A stretch of 64,000 nucleotides of DNA from Podarcis tiliguerta. Taxonomy: Eukaryota. The stretch lies in assembly GCA_965153285.1 (NCBI GenBank), contig OZ229111.1; one strand, written 5' to 3'. The notes beneath the pieces were generated by a model. The model was not told the DNA's origin and did not search any database. It saw only the letters and a program-made list of their open reading frames with translations. The translations under genes were made by a program, and so were the position numbers. This document shows, piece by piece, positions 51,106 through 62,094 of this stretch (its first letter is position 1; each line of letters begins with the position of its first letter).

Positions 51106-52687
51106 TGTTTTGGGAAAAGGAACATCCTCTTCAAACAGTGGTTATAAATGCAGACTTGCTATTTATGGAACACACACACAGGAAAAATATCAAATATAAT
51201 CCAACCTAACGGTGAGACTAATTTCTGTAAAGCAAGTTTCTGTGGGTGTAGAATATGTTCTCTAAGGTTACTGTTGTCTACGAGAAAGACCTAGCATTTT
51301 ATTTCTCATTTTTCTAATAAAAACACTGAAACAATGTGTTTATTTCAGAAGGTTTGTGAAAAAGTAATGTAACAGATAATAGAGATGTCACTTTTTTCTA
51401 TAAAGATTTCTATGCCCTCAAAAGTTAGATAGCAGGCAAAAATTCAACAGACATAGCTTTGAATGACAGAGATCATGGGAGGAAAGCTTCAAAACTTTAG
51501 TTTCTGCCTGTCCTGTAGCTAGCAAAAGGCAAAAAAGCCTGTGAGAAATAAATGTAGTAAGTATAGTTGCTAGCAAAATTTTGCTAAAGTAGTATTCAAA
51601 GCAAATGTGTGGGGTGGTGGGTTCATCTTCAGAAGAAAATTGAATTTTGGCGTGAATGAAAATTAAGGCTTCTATTCAATGCTGGTCCTACTCTGAGTAG
51701 ACCCACTGAAGTTAATAGACATGATTAACTTAGGTTTGAAAAAGCCCCAACTTCATTGACGATAATATATAACCCAATTTCTCAGAGGGCTTTCATACTT
51801 CTCTCGTGCTACCAAAGGGGGAAAAGGAGAAGCCCACAAAGAATAGCTGAGCATTTATGGGTAAACTTAAAGCATAGATCTCTGTTAGAACTGAGGACTC
51901 TACAAAGGCATATTACATTTTTAGGAAGGGGCGAACTGGGTTAGGGTTTTCATTTTGCAATGTTTGTGTGTGTTGACGTGTAAATTTGGAACAGATTCCT
52001 TCAAAGGTAGGAAGTCACAAGACAGGCCTATAAAAACAACCCTGCTGCTGCTTTCTAAATACATTCCCTTGTGCCAACAGATACTCCCAAAACACATCCC
52101 ACCTTTTCCCTTCCTCCGTATCAGATGCAACAGGAGGAGGAAAGGCGGGGCACCTCCTAACTAGGAATTGGCACACTGAAGGCTGAACAGCAAAGATTTC
52201 ACTTTCCTCCCCACAGAAACCGCCTTCCTCTTCAGCAGTATAGAATACACAGGCTGCCTTGGGAGACTTCAGAGTTTATTCTGGACACTCATAATAAAAT
52301 CAATTGCAGCTCTAGCTATTTTTGTACGTGGGTGACTAAGAAAGTTGCTTCTGTGCAACACAACAGGCTCCTTTTTAAAGGAAGTGTCTATCACTGAATC
52401 AAAAGTGCATTATTTCCAGGAACAAAACTCTTAGCAATTAACTGACAGGTTGGCATTTTAAGAAATTTCACAGATCCCTGCATTAACTGCCAAAACTATT
52501 TTCCTCTAATGAAAACAGGGTAACAGTAAACGTGAAAAGAATCGGAAGTTTGGGGTCAGTGGTGTATATACCATATATCTCTACCTGAAGTCGTCAAAGA
52601 GCAGAGACAACAGATTCACAGCAATTTGATTTGCAAAGCACTTAATGGTTTTCTTCGAAAAGTGGTAAGAAGGTTTCTTTGCCCGGG

Positions 52688-52710
52688 TGTGTGTGTGTGT
52701 GTGTGTGTGT
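52688..52710. repeat. (TG)n microsatellite
   Basis: Read directly from sequence. Confidence 0.95.
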
Positions 52711-53858
52711 GGAGGAGGGAATAATGGGACTCAGGTTCTGTTTCAGAGGACATTAACTGAAGTGATCACTTTAGGGAATCCAGCTGCTTTGTCTGGTGCA
52801 CAGCTGTGAAGTACCATCCAAAAGGGAGACGTGATCTGCACAACTTTCAGTGGATATCACATGTCAATATATTTTCACTGGGCCACTAAAAATAGTATAA
52901 ACTCTTGATGTTGGAAAAGCGAGTAAGTATCTCAATAGTATCTCACAAATTATTTTCCTTCTTTTCTCTCTCTCTCGCACACACAGAGCACCCAAAATGC
53001 CTAAATATCCCTTTCATGTTTAATGGAATGGCAGTTCTAAGCAACTGGAGGTGGAAAGACAATAGCAACCTTTTTTTAGTTATATCCATGGAAGGGGTTT
53101 TTTAATTTATTTTTAACGCATCTCCTACCAATCCTGAAGGTTTGAAATGGGCAACAGTATATTATCATGATGTGTTGGGAATGTTTCTATATTTCCAAAT
53201 GCTAAAGTTAGCATAAAAAAATTTTTTTTGTTGAAAATTCACATTCCCAACAATAATGCATCAGTACGATTTGCATCTTGCATGTGTGCATCAGTCAGTA
53301 ATTAACTTTGGATAATACTTTTAAGGATGTGTTACATATAGGAGGTTTATTTATATGTAAGGAAAATAAATGTTAACTGTAACACTGTTGGCATAAGGCA
53401 TGTGGGTCACTTATGCTTGATTTTTCTGCGTAAAACTTTTTATTTCGCAAGTTCATTTGTACCAATGAATAGATGCCAGTTGCAAATACACTATTAGGCA
53501 AGCTTGACAGTTTCGATGTTCTTACTTTTGTTTAAATGTGCATGTTAAATAATATTGTTCTCTAGGGGATCAGAACATTTTCTGATGCAAACTGAAAATT
53601 CCCCTAAGTTGCAAAGGGGGAAAAACCAATTCAAAATTTTTGAGAAAGAATACCAGCATCATCAATCCATTTCACCAATGACCAAGCATTAAATATGTTA
53701 TTACAATCTTAGCAAGTGATAGAAAACATTTAAGAGTTAAACAGTGACCAAACAACCCTTGTATTTTGTGAGTAGAAAGAACCTCTGGAAATGTGAGACT
53801 CATGTTCAGAACCCTGCTTGGTCAGTCACTTCAGTAGATGGTATTTTGTAATCAGAGT

Positions 53859-53877
53859 TGTGTGTGTGTGTGTGTGT

Positions 53878-53909
<32 letters not shown>

Positions 53910-53913
53910 ACAC
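53859..53913. repeat. (TG)n-TA-(CA)n self-complementary microsatellite
   Basis: Read directly from sequence. Confidence 0.9.
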
Positions 53914-53947
53914 ATATTCTGGCCACCTTGAGAACATAGGACAATTG

Positions 53948-54071
53948 TAGCCAACCAGGTACTCTCCACGTTTATTGGACTACAATTCCCATAAAACCTG
54001 GCCCTGTCAGCTGGGGTTGATGGGACCTGTAGTTGAAAACATCTGGAAGGCCTCAAGTTTGTGAAGGCTGT
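53948..54071. mobile_element. Decayed hairpin hAT-type MITE
   Basis: GGACTACAATTCCC ... GGGACCTGTAGTTG...CATCTGGAAGG...GAAGGCTG. Confidence 0.6.
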
Positions 54072-54334
54072 GTTAAGATATACAGCAGTTACAAACAAAT
54101 CCAAGGAGATTGTTCTGAGGACCAAATCCTCTATTTGTTGTGTATATACTCAAAACAACTTCAGTCTGGACAATGAAATCATTTACACTTTTAGATGAAT
54201 CATCGGCATCACGTTGGAGATATGCAAAAACAAAAAAACACACAAAAAAACATGGGAAACGCTGGGAAGAGGGGTGCATTATTTGCCAGTTTCACAGTGG
54301 CCCACCGGATGCTTCCAAGAAAGCCTGCAAGCAA

Positions 54335-54912
54335 AAGTTAATGCTATTCTAGGCTGCGTTAACAGAACTGTAGTGTCCTGATCATGGGAAGTCATAGTCC
54401 TGCTCTATTCTGAGTTGGTGAGACCACACCTGGAGTACTGCATCCAATTCTGGGCACCACAATTCACGAAGGCTATTGACAAGCTGGAACGTGTGCAGTG
54501 GAGAGGAGAGTGACCAAGATGATAAAAGGGTCTGGAAACCAAGCCTTGTGAGGAACAGTTGAGGGAATTGGGCATCTTTATCCTGGAAAAAAGGAGACTG
54601 AGAGGAGATATGATGACCATCTTCAAATATCTAATGGGTTGTTACATGGAGGATGGGGCAAGCTTGCTTTCTGCTGCTCTAGGAGCAATGGCTTCAAGTT
54701 ACAAGAAAGGAGATTCCAACTAAACATCAGGAAGAACTTTATGGCGGTAAGAGCTGTCGAATGGACTCCCTTTGGAGGTTGGGGACTCTTCTTCATTGGA
54801 AGCAGAGGCTGGATGGTCATTGGTCATGGATGCTTTAGTTGAGATTCCTGCATTGCAGGGGGTTGGACTAGATGACCCTCGGGACCCTTCCAACTTCACA
54901 ATTCTGTCATTC
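54335..54912 (+). mobile_element. CR1 LINE 3' end
   Basis: [19 protein letters not shown]..., SNGFKLQERRFQLNIRKNFMAVRAV; terminal CCCTTCCAACTTCACAATTCTG. Confidence 0.92.
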
Positions 54913-56621
54913 ATTTAACTTTTGAGTAAATGTGAAGCTGGTGCTTTTTGAGGTAGGATACATGCTGGACTAGATGGATCCCTGACGGAATGCAGCAGCA
55001 TCATTCATCTTAAACCAGTTAGTGTATAAAGGTGACCCAGTCAAGAAATAAATGTACTATAAAAGATCTGGTCATCTACATGTTATATGTGGTATTAAAT
55101 TCCATCACTTCACATCCTAAGATCATTTAATGCTAAGATTAAAAGCCCACTTTCTTATTTGGTCTTAACAAAGAAGTTTACTAAGCTTTCCATCTGCCAA
55201 GAAAAAAAAAACCCTAAATTCCTTTGATCTCAACATCCCTTAACATTTTGCATCCCTATTATGATGGGTGCCCTCCCGCTCCTACAAAGCGATGAAAGCC
55301 TAAAAGGGTTTTTACGTACAATTCTCTTTTCTGAGATATTGATATTCTGGAACCAGTACCCATAGTCATTTGATGGGATAGCTCCACACCTCTTCACTAA
55401 GGACAATTCGCATCTGTTTTCAGTTCATACCCAATGCAAATATCTTAATGGAAGATTCTCTGTGATGTACTGGGATGGGAAGTCAGTTCTACAAACAGAT
55501 GGTCTCAACTTGGTTTGAAGTAAAGGAGAATCAACTTTTCTTGAAAGTGTAAGATTGGATAATAGTGGTTTTAAACACAAGAATGGACCATTTAACATTC
55601 TAAAAACATTATGGTGGAAAAGCTACCATTATGAAGTTGAATTGCCTGAAAAACCTTTTGTACAAGATGGGTGGGTCTTGGTAGGTGGGGGTGTACATCA
55701 GAAAGAGAAGAGAAGGTATAGAATATTAGTCAAACTTATTTTCAAATCTTATCTCCAACATACTGCAAACATTCATCAGTAATAGTGTTGTAGTTTTGAA
55801 GATTGGGAAGAAGAAAACATGCATGGAATATGGAATATATTCCTATAAAACAGTAAGGATTCAAAGAGCCATATAGCCAACAGAGTTTCTTATTGAACCT
55901 CTCTGCTCTCGTGAGATACTTATTCATTTATTCTGTTAACTTATAGACTACGTACTATATACTAGCACATCTTGCAGTGGTTCACAATAAAGAACTCAAA
56001 GAGGCTAAGATAGCAAAAAGTCAAAGACTCTAAAACATACAACAAAACCATATACAGATAGCAAAGAACCACCAAAAATAAAATAAAATCTTGTTTTAGT
56101 ATCAAATACTAAAAACAATAATAAGCGGTGTGATCCAGAGATCAGCATTCAGAAAATTAATGGACAACTTTCAAAAAAAAAATCCCTGGTAGCTTACAAA
56201 ATAAATAAATAAATAAATAAATTCAAAACATGCAAATTAAACATATGCTCCACTCCACTCCCAAGAAAGAAAGAAAAGACTACATACATTTATGTAGGTA
56301 CATATACATAGCCACGTTGTGCTTCACAAACACAATTAAGCATATGGAGGACTGCAGTCACGTTAAAGGACTTGCATGCACACACAAAACTTAGCTGGAG
56401 GCATAGGCCACAATCCAAAAACATGTGTACACCAGATGCACTAAGTATTTTTTTCCCAGCCAACAGCTCGACAGCAGCTCTCCCACTGCCAAAACCCCCA
56501 AAACTGTTTAAAAGGCTTTAAAAGCAGTTTGGTATGGGGAGATACTACAATGAACATGGCAGGGAAAATAATTCCGCTGTAGGACATTTGACAACTCGCA
56601 CTGTTCAGCAGCTTCCTTGAT

Positions 56622-56805
56622 CGCAAGAAGAGCACTGCTGGATCAGGCCAAAGGCCACAGTATACTCCGTCATCCAGGTTTCACGGTACCACCCAGAGAT
56701 GTCCATGCAAAGCCCACAAGCAAATCCCGAGCACAACAGTACTCTCCTCATTTGTGACTCCCAGCAATTGGTACTCAAAGGGATACTGCCTCTGACAGTG
56801 AAGGT
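56622..56805 (-). mobile_element. Old CR1-type 3'-end fragment
   Basis: AAGAAGAGCACTGCTGGATCAGGCCAAAGGCC...CCCACAAGCA...CCCAGCAATTGGTA. Confidence 0.55.
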
Positions 56806-57144
56806 GCTCTCTTCAAGGTAGTCTCTTAAGGCCCCTTGGTGTAACCCACCAAAGGCTAAAATTGCACAAACTTCACCCATTTCAGCTTTATTTGCATGAC
56901 AACCCTCAAGGACAAGGTGGATTTTCAAACCCAACAGGCAAGTAATTTACATCGTGAACTGAGCCAAGATCAGAGTCCCCTAGAATTGAATCAACTTGTG
57001 TTTGGAGATCCTGATGCCTTTTTCTTTTCTGGAAAAGCAGCCGCAGAAGATCCAGTTTGGATTCAGTCAGCGGCAAGGAGGGAGGCTCTTTTGTCCCCTT
57101 TGCAGATTTTCTCAACTTCCATCACCCCCTGCTGTCAGCTATGG

Positions 57145-57290
57145 AGGGGGAAAGGTGCTCACGTTTTGCTCCCTAGCTTCCCACAGGCATCTGGTCAGCC
57201 ACTGCGAGAGCAAGATGCTGGACTACATGGGGTCATTAGCTAGATGGACTAGATGGGGTCATTGACTTGATCTAGCAGGCTGTTCTTATG
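57145..57290 (+). mobile_element. Old CR1-type 3'-end fragment with a small internal tandem duplication
   Basis: CTTCCCACAGGCATCTGGTCAGCCACTG...GATGCTGGACT; TGGACTAxATGGGGTCATT occurs twice. Confidence 0.55.
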
Positions 57291-57679
57291 GCCTTTCAGC
57301 AACTTTTTATAAACCATTCTGGGAGTGCAACTGAAGAATCGTATACACACTTACAATATACAAATGTGTAACATTGATAGGATGATTGATTGGTTGACTG
57401 GGTTCGGGGCCTATGTCTACTGTAAATCTGCAATCAGTATTTGTGGGTGTGAACGTCCATGTGCAAAGAATTCAGCAGTTATGAAGGAGGCAACTGGTGC
57501 TGTTCTGGGGACTACAGAACCCACCAGTGTTCTTTGCAATCACACACCAGTTGTGATACAGGCTGCACTAAGTTGCTGCAGACACAGTCAGCCTGTCAGC
57601 ATCTCAGAATGGCATCTGACTCTCCCCTCTCCTACATGCAAGAGCTAAATGGCAGCTGGTCCATGTCATATATCCATTA

Positions 57680-58039
57680 AAAAGGTAAAGGTAAAGGTAC
57701 CCCTGCCCGTACGGGCCAGTCTTGCCAGACTCTAGGGTTGTGCGCTCATCTCACTCTATAGGCCGGGAGCCAGCGCTGTCCGAAGACACTTCCGGGTCAC
57801 GTGGCCAGCGTGACAAGCTGCATCTGGCGAGCCAGCGCAGCACACGGAACGCCGTTTACCTTCCCGCTGGTAAGCGGTCCCTATTTATCTACTTGCACCC
57901 GAGGGTGCTTTTGAACTGCTAGGTTGGCAGACGCTGGGACCGAACGACGGGAGCGCACCCCGCCGCGGGGATTCGAACCGCCGACCTTTCGATCTGCAAG
58001 TCCTAGGTGCTGAGGCTTTAGCCCACAGCGCCACCCGCG
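57680..58039 (-). mobile_element. Sauria SINE, subfamily B
   Basis: TSD TATATCCATTA at 57669-57679 and 58040-58050; highly similar to the 34620 and 36339 copies. Confidence 0.94.
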
Positions 58040-59237
58040 TATATCCATTATAAAAGCATCTGGAGGGTCGAGTTTGCCTATGCCTAGACTAGACTGACCA
58101 GTAAGTTCTTCCTATCTTCTATCCTGTCCTTCAGGGTTCCTGTGCACACTACACTGAAATGATTGGAACATACATGGCAACTATTTCCCCAATGAACAAG
58201 CAGGGCCCTCTGGCAATTGGTGGGGTGCAGAGACATTTATCTTACCATGTCAGGCTAGGTGCTAGGCGCAACTACAGCAGTGTGTGGTGGGGTTCTAAAT
58301 AGAGAGGAGGGCAATAATTTTAAAACACAGGAAATTAAACAATATGGCTACAAACAATAGCTAAGTTCTTAGAATAACTGAGAGTGAAGTAAAGAGTAAT
58401 AATGTACATCAAACGGATTTATTTGGACGTTCCCAAGAAAATGCTCTTCTTCTTCCTCCAGTCCAAACGAAACACATAGGCCATTTCTGCTAACACAACA
58501 TTCCATTTGCTCAATTATTCCCTTGGTGGGGAGTTCTGTAGTGCGCTATTAATATACGGAACTGATGCACCATATCCAACCCACTGCATGGTTTGATTTA
58601 CCTCGATTATATTAGCAATTTGCTGCAGGTCTTTGAAAAACTTTAGCTCAAACTACATGAGGATACTAGACAAGTTATTGCCAAGGCCTAAAGTGATGGC
58701 ATGAATGATGAGATTTCTCTAAGTGGTAAACCTTTTGTGAAGCTCCTAAAGTGCTTTATAGAATTCGGTCTTTTCTTGCTGGTCCATATCCTCAACCTTG
58801 AGTTTATTCCCACATTGTAAATATTCAGATAGATGTCTGGCTATATTGAAGATCATATTACATTGCATGGGATAAAAGTTTTTTTTTTAAACGAAAGAAG
58901 AAGAAAAGAAACTTGCAGAGACCCATCTGGTTCGAGAGAACAAAGCCTATTGACTTGAAATGCTAGTAGGCATCCACACACCTCTTCTGAGTGCCATGCT
59001 AGCAAATGTCATTGAAACTACTGAGGCTGGAGGAGACCAACGAATGGGGGAATATTCCTATCAGCCAAAACTGTACTTTCAGGACTATTAATGTCACTTT
59101 AGTAGATCACCAGCACATTTTAAAGGGGGCGAAAGATGGTAGAATCCATTGTTTAGCTGCACGTTTTCATTTTCCTTTACGTTTCATATCACATTTCTAA
59201 GACAAATTTTTTTAAAAAAATAATTCACAGGTGTTTT

Positions 59238-59325
59238 GCAGCAAAATCTTATGCGTGCCTGCTCAGAAGACCTACTGTGTTCTTCAAACCTTACTCCCAG
59301 GTTAAGCGTGTATAGGACTGCAGCC
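59238..59325. mobile_element. About 85-bp palindromic squamate repeat (GCAATCCTAT...ACTCAGAAG...TTACTCCCAGGT...ATAGGATTGCAGC family)
   Basis: Related copies at about 2678-2735, 5118-5206, 6400-6485 and 33155-33243. Confidence 0.55.
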
Positions 59326-59654
59326 TTGAACTTTTTTTAAAAAAAGAAAATAAATGAACAAAGCTAGCCCTCCGAAACCAATGGTAAGGGTTGAACAGTT
59401 CTTGCTGAAGAGTACACACAAAAGGCATAAAATATATTTGAAGATGAGGACAGCGTCCCTCAGAGGAAAGGGGCTGGGGCCACATAACCTCTTTTCACCC
59501 TTCATCATTGATTCATAAGGAGACCGCAGCCAACCGCTGGAGCTTCCTAGATGTCGCTTCTGGGAGTGTACCCACCTCCTTTAACTAGGAAAGCTATGAC
59601 AGGAGAGAGTAGCAGGAGTGACAGCTTCTATCACCCGCCCCATCCCAATGGATA

Positions 59655-60005
59655 AAGGTAAAGAGACCCCTGACCATTAGGTCCAGTCCTGACTGACTCT
59701 GGGAATTGCGGCGCTCATCTTGCTTTATTAGCTGAGGGAGCAGACGTACCGCTTCCAGGTCATGTGGCCAGCATGACTAAGCCGCTTCTGGTGAACTAGA
59801 GCAGCACACGGAAATGCTGTTTACCTTCCCGCCGGAGTGGTACCTATTTATCTACTCGCACTTTGACGTGCTTTCGAACTGCTAGGTTGGCAGGAGCAGG
59901 GACCAAGCAACGGGAGTTCACCCAGTCGCGGGGATTCGAACCACCGACCTTCTGATCAGCAAGTCCTAGGCTCTGCAGTTTAACCCACAGCGCCACCTGC
60001 GTCCC
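59655..60005 (-). mobile_element. Sauria SINE, subfamily A
   Basis: TSD TCCCAATGGATA at 59643-59654 and 60006-60017; similar to the 2827 copy. Confidence 0.93.
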
Positions 60006-60044
60006 TCCCAATGGATACTGAGGCCAAAAATACAAGGCAAAAAA

Positions 60045-60185
60045 GGGCAAAGTGCTGGTGCGCTCAGAACCTGCTTGTGGGCTTCCCACTGGTATCCGGT
60101 TGACTAAACAACAACAACACTGTGGGAACAGGATGCTGGACTAGATGGGCCACTGGCCTGATGTAGCAGGCTCTTCTAACATTCC
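60045..60185 (+). mobile_element. Old CR1-type 3'-end fragment
   Basis: CCTGCTTGTGGGCTTCCCA...CAGGATGCTGGACTAGATGGGCCACTGGCCTGAT. Confidence 0.6.
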
Positions 60186-60698
60186 TAATGGTGGTGGTGA
60201 GAAGGGAACCCACAGTAAAAAAACCCAAACCTGAATACAACACTGTTTGAGCCCCTTATTTTCTTCTTTGGAACAACAGAAATATTGAGAGCCCATCAAC
60301 ATGCACACATAGAATGCTTCATTCCCCAGAAGATGGGAGTCTTTATACATGGAAGAATCTGAATCTTGCCCATATGGTTTTATCCCTTAGGTAAGCTGAC
60401 TGGTCAGCAATAGCTAGCAGTACTGTATATCACTGGAAAGCCTCTACAATGACACCACAGCACAGATGTCAAATCCCCCTGAAAAGGTAATGTGCACATA
60501 AACTACCCTATGCTGATTCTTTGCCAGTAAGTGTGACTTAGCCACCAAGTTCCATTGACAGGTTGGATAAAAATTTCCAAGGAATTAGTTGCTCAGGATC
60601 TGAACATTTTGTATAAAGTCTCTAGGGGTGGAATTAAATGACACATTAAGGTGACTGTTCCTCCCTCACACTGTTCTGAGAGCTCTCCCAACCCATCA

Positions 60699-60946
60699 GA
60701 GAGCCAGTGTGGTGTAGTGGTTAAGAGCGGTAGTCACGTAATCTGGGTAACCGGGTTCGCGTCTCCGCTCCTCCACATGCAGCTGCTGGGTGACCTTGGG
60801 CCAGTCACAGTCTCTCAGCCCCACTCACCTCACAGAGTGTTTGTTGTGGGGGAGGAAGGGAAAGGAGAATGTTAGCCGCTTTGAGACTCCTTAAAGGGAG
60901 TGAAAGGCGGGATATCAAATCCAAACTCTTCTTCTTCTTCTTCTTC
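60699..60946 (+). mobile_element. Squam3-like tRNA SINE, full length
   Basis: GAGAGCCAGTGTGGTGTAGTGGTTAAGAGCGG head, GGGTTCG B-box-like, CORE-like middle, (TTC)n tail. Confidence 0.8.
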
Positions 60947-61841
60947 AGAGCAGATATGGCAGAGTACAGGGGTGCACAGGGAGAGGTGGGAAATCCTGTG
61001 GGGGGGGGCTCACTGCACTGCTTCACCTAGTGCAACAACGTAGTTGAATCCAGCCCTAGGACAAGTCAAAATTTTCATTTCTGTTTTTATAAATCTCACC
61101 ATAGGTATTTTAGAATTGGATGGCCCAGGCCCCTAAATCATTATGGTGCTTTTGAAAATTTATACTAAATCTAATAAACTGAAATGCAGCCCACATTACG
61201 TAAAGAGAAAGAAATCAAGCCATGCCTGTTAGGCTATATAATAATCTATACAGCCCCAGTTGTTGTTCCTACAAGTGATTATTCGCATAAGAAAGACCCA
61301 ATGGGATTACGCAAGCAAGCAAGATTTAGCAGGATTGGACCCTTAATATTTTAAGAAGTACTGAGCAATGAATATAAATTTGCAAAATGGTTTACATTAG
61401 AAAGTTTTACTTCACCAAAAATGAACACATTTAATGCTTTTCACCTGGGTTATAAATTTTACAATACCTTCTGGATCGTTTTCTTTGGCTTGCTCACCAA
61501 TGCAATGGGTAACTTTTAGCCTTTAACTTGCACCACAGTTTATGGCTCCTGCCTCTTACGTATATTTGAGGAGAAACCTTGCTTTCCTTTCTTCTTAGCG
61601 GATTTCTAAGAGCTACCAATCCTAAACAACAACAACAGTAAAACTTTTTACCTATATCGCCCCGCCCCGCCTCAATTCTTAATGGGCAAATGGATTTGCA
61701 ATCTGATTTTTATAGCCTATCTACTGATGCAATTATTTGCAAATAATTATCTCCAAAGGCCAGAACGATAGACAAAAGTTAAAACACTTTAGAGCTTTCC
61801 CTTAAAATTGTTTCCATGCCGCTTCCATCAGGCTGCTGCAA

Positions 61842-62094
61842 CAGATGTTGGCTGTTAAAACTGCGCAGACGACACAGTTCATGACTTTTCTGAGACGGCT
61901 GTGTGCCACATCTGTAGTTGATGAAAAGAGTGCAGAAGTGTGTCAGACAGAGAAAGTGTGAGAGAAGCAGACGCAGCCCGGGCCAAATGAATTGTCTTCA
62001 GTGCTGGGGAACTAAAAATAGATGCACGGCGCACACTCCTACAATCTCTTTGCCCAGCCTTATAAAATCTTAAAGTCTGCGTATCCTATTATGG
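61842..62094. promoter_or_regulatory. Candidate enhancer: E-boxes + MEF2 + SRF CArG
   Basis: CAGATG 61842-61847, CATCTG 61909-61914, CTAAAAATAG 62012-62021, CCTATTATGG 62085-62094, all in unique sequence. Confidence 0.4.

Noticed and set aside
51571-51586. 16-bp palindrome TAGCAAAATTTTGCTA
   Set aside because: AT-rich, isolated and compatible with chance.
55240-55800. Possible very old L1 ORF2 remnant
   Set aside because: The composition is suggestive, but I could not read a diagnostic motif.
56896-57243. 115-aa ORF with a protein-like N-terminal half
   Set aside because: Not recognised, and it runs into a CR1-type repeat fragment.
60370-60396. Plus-strand TTTTATCCCTTAG|GTAAGC, a second recursive-site-like motif
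   Set aside because: Shorter, interrupted pyrimidine tract and weaker branch point than at 47027. It shows such motifs can arise by chance; revisit if the host gene proves to be on the + strand.
60699-60775. tRNA-like sequences (also in Sauria SINE heads)
   Set aside because: These are SINE heads continuing into SINE bodies and tails, not tRNA genes.
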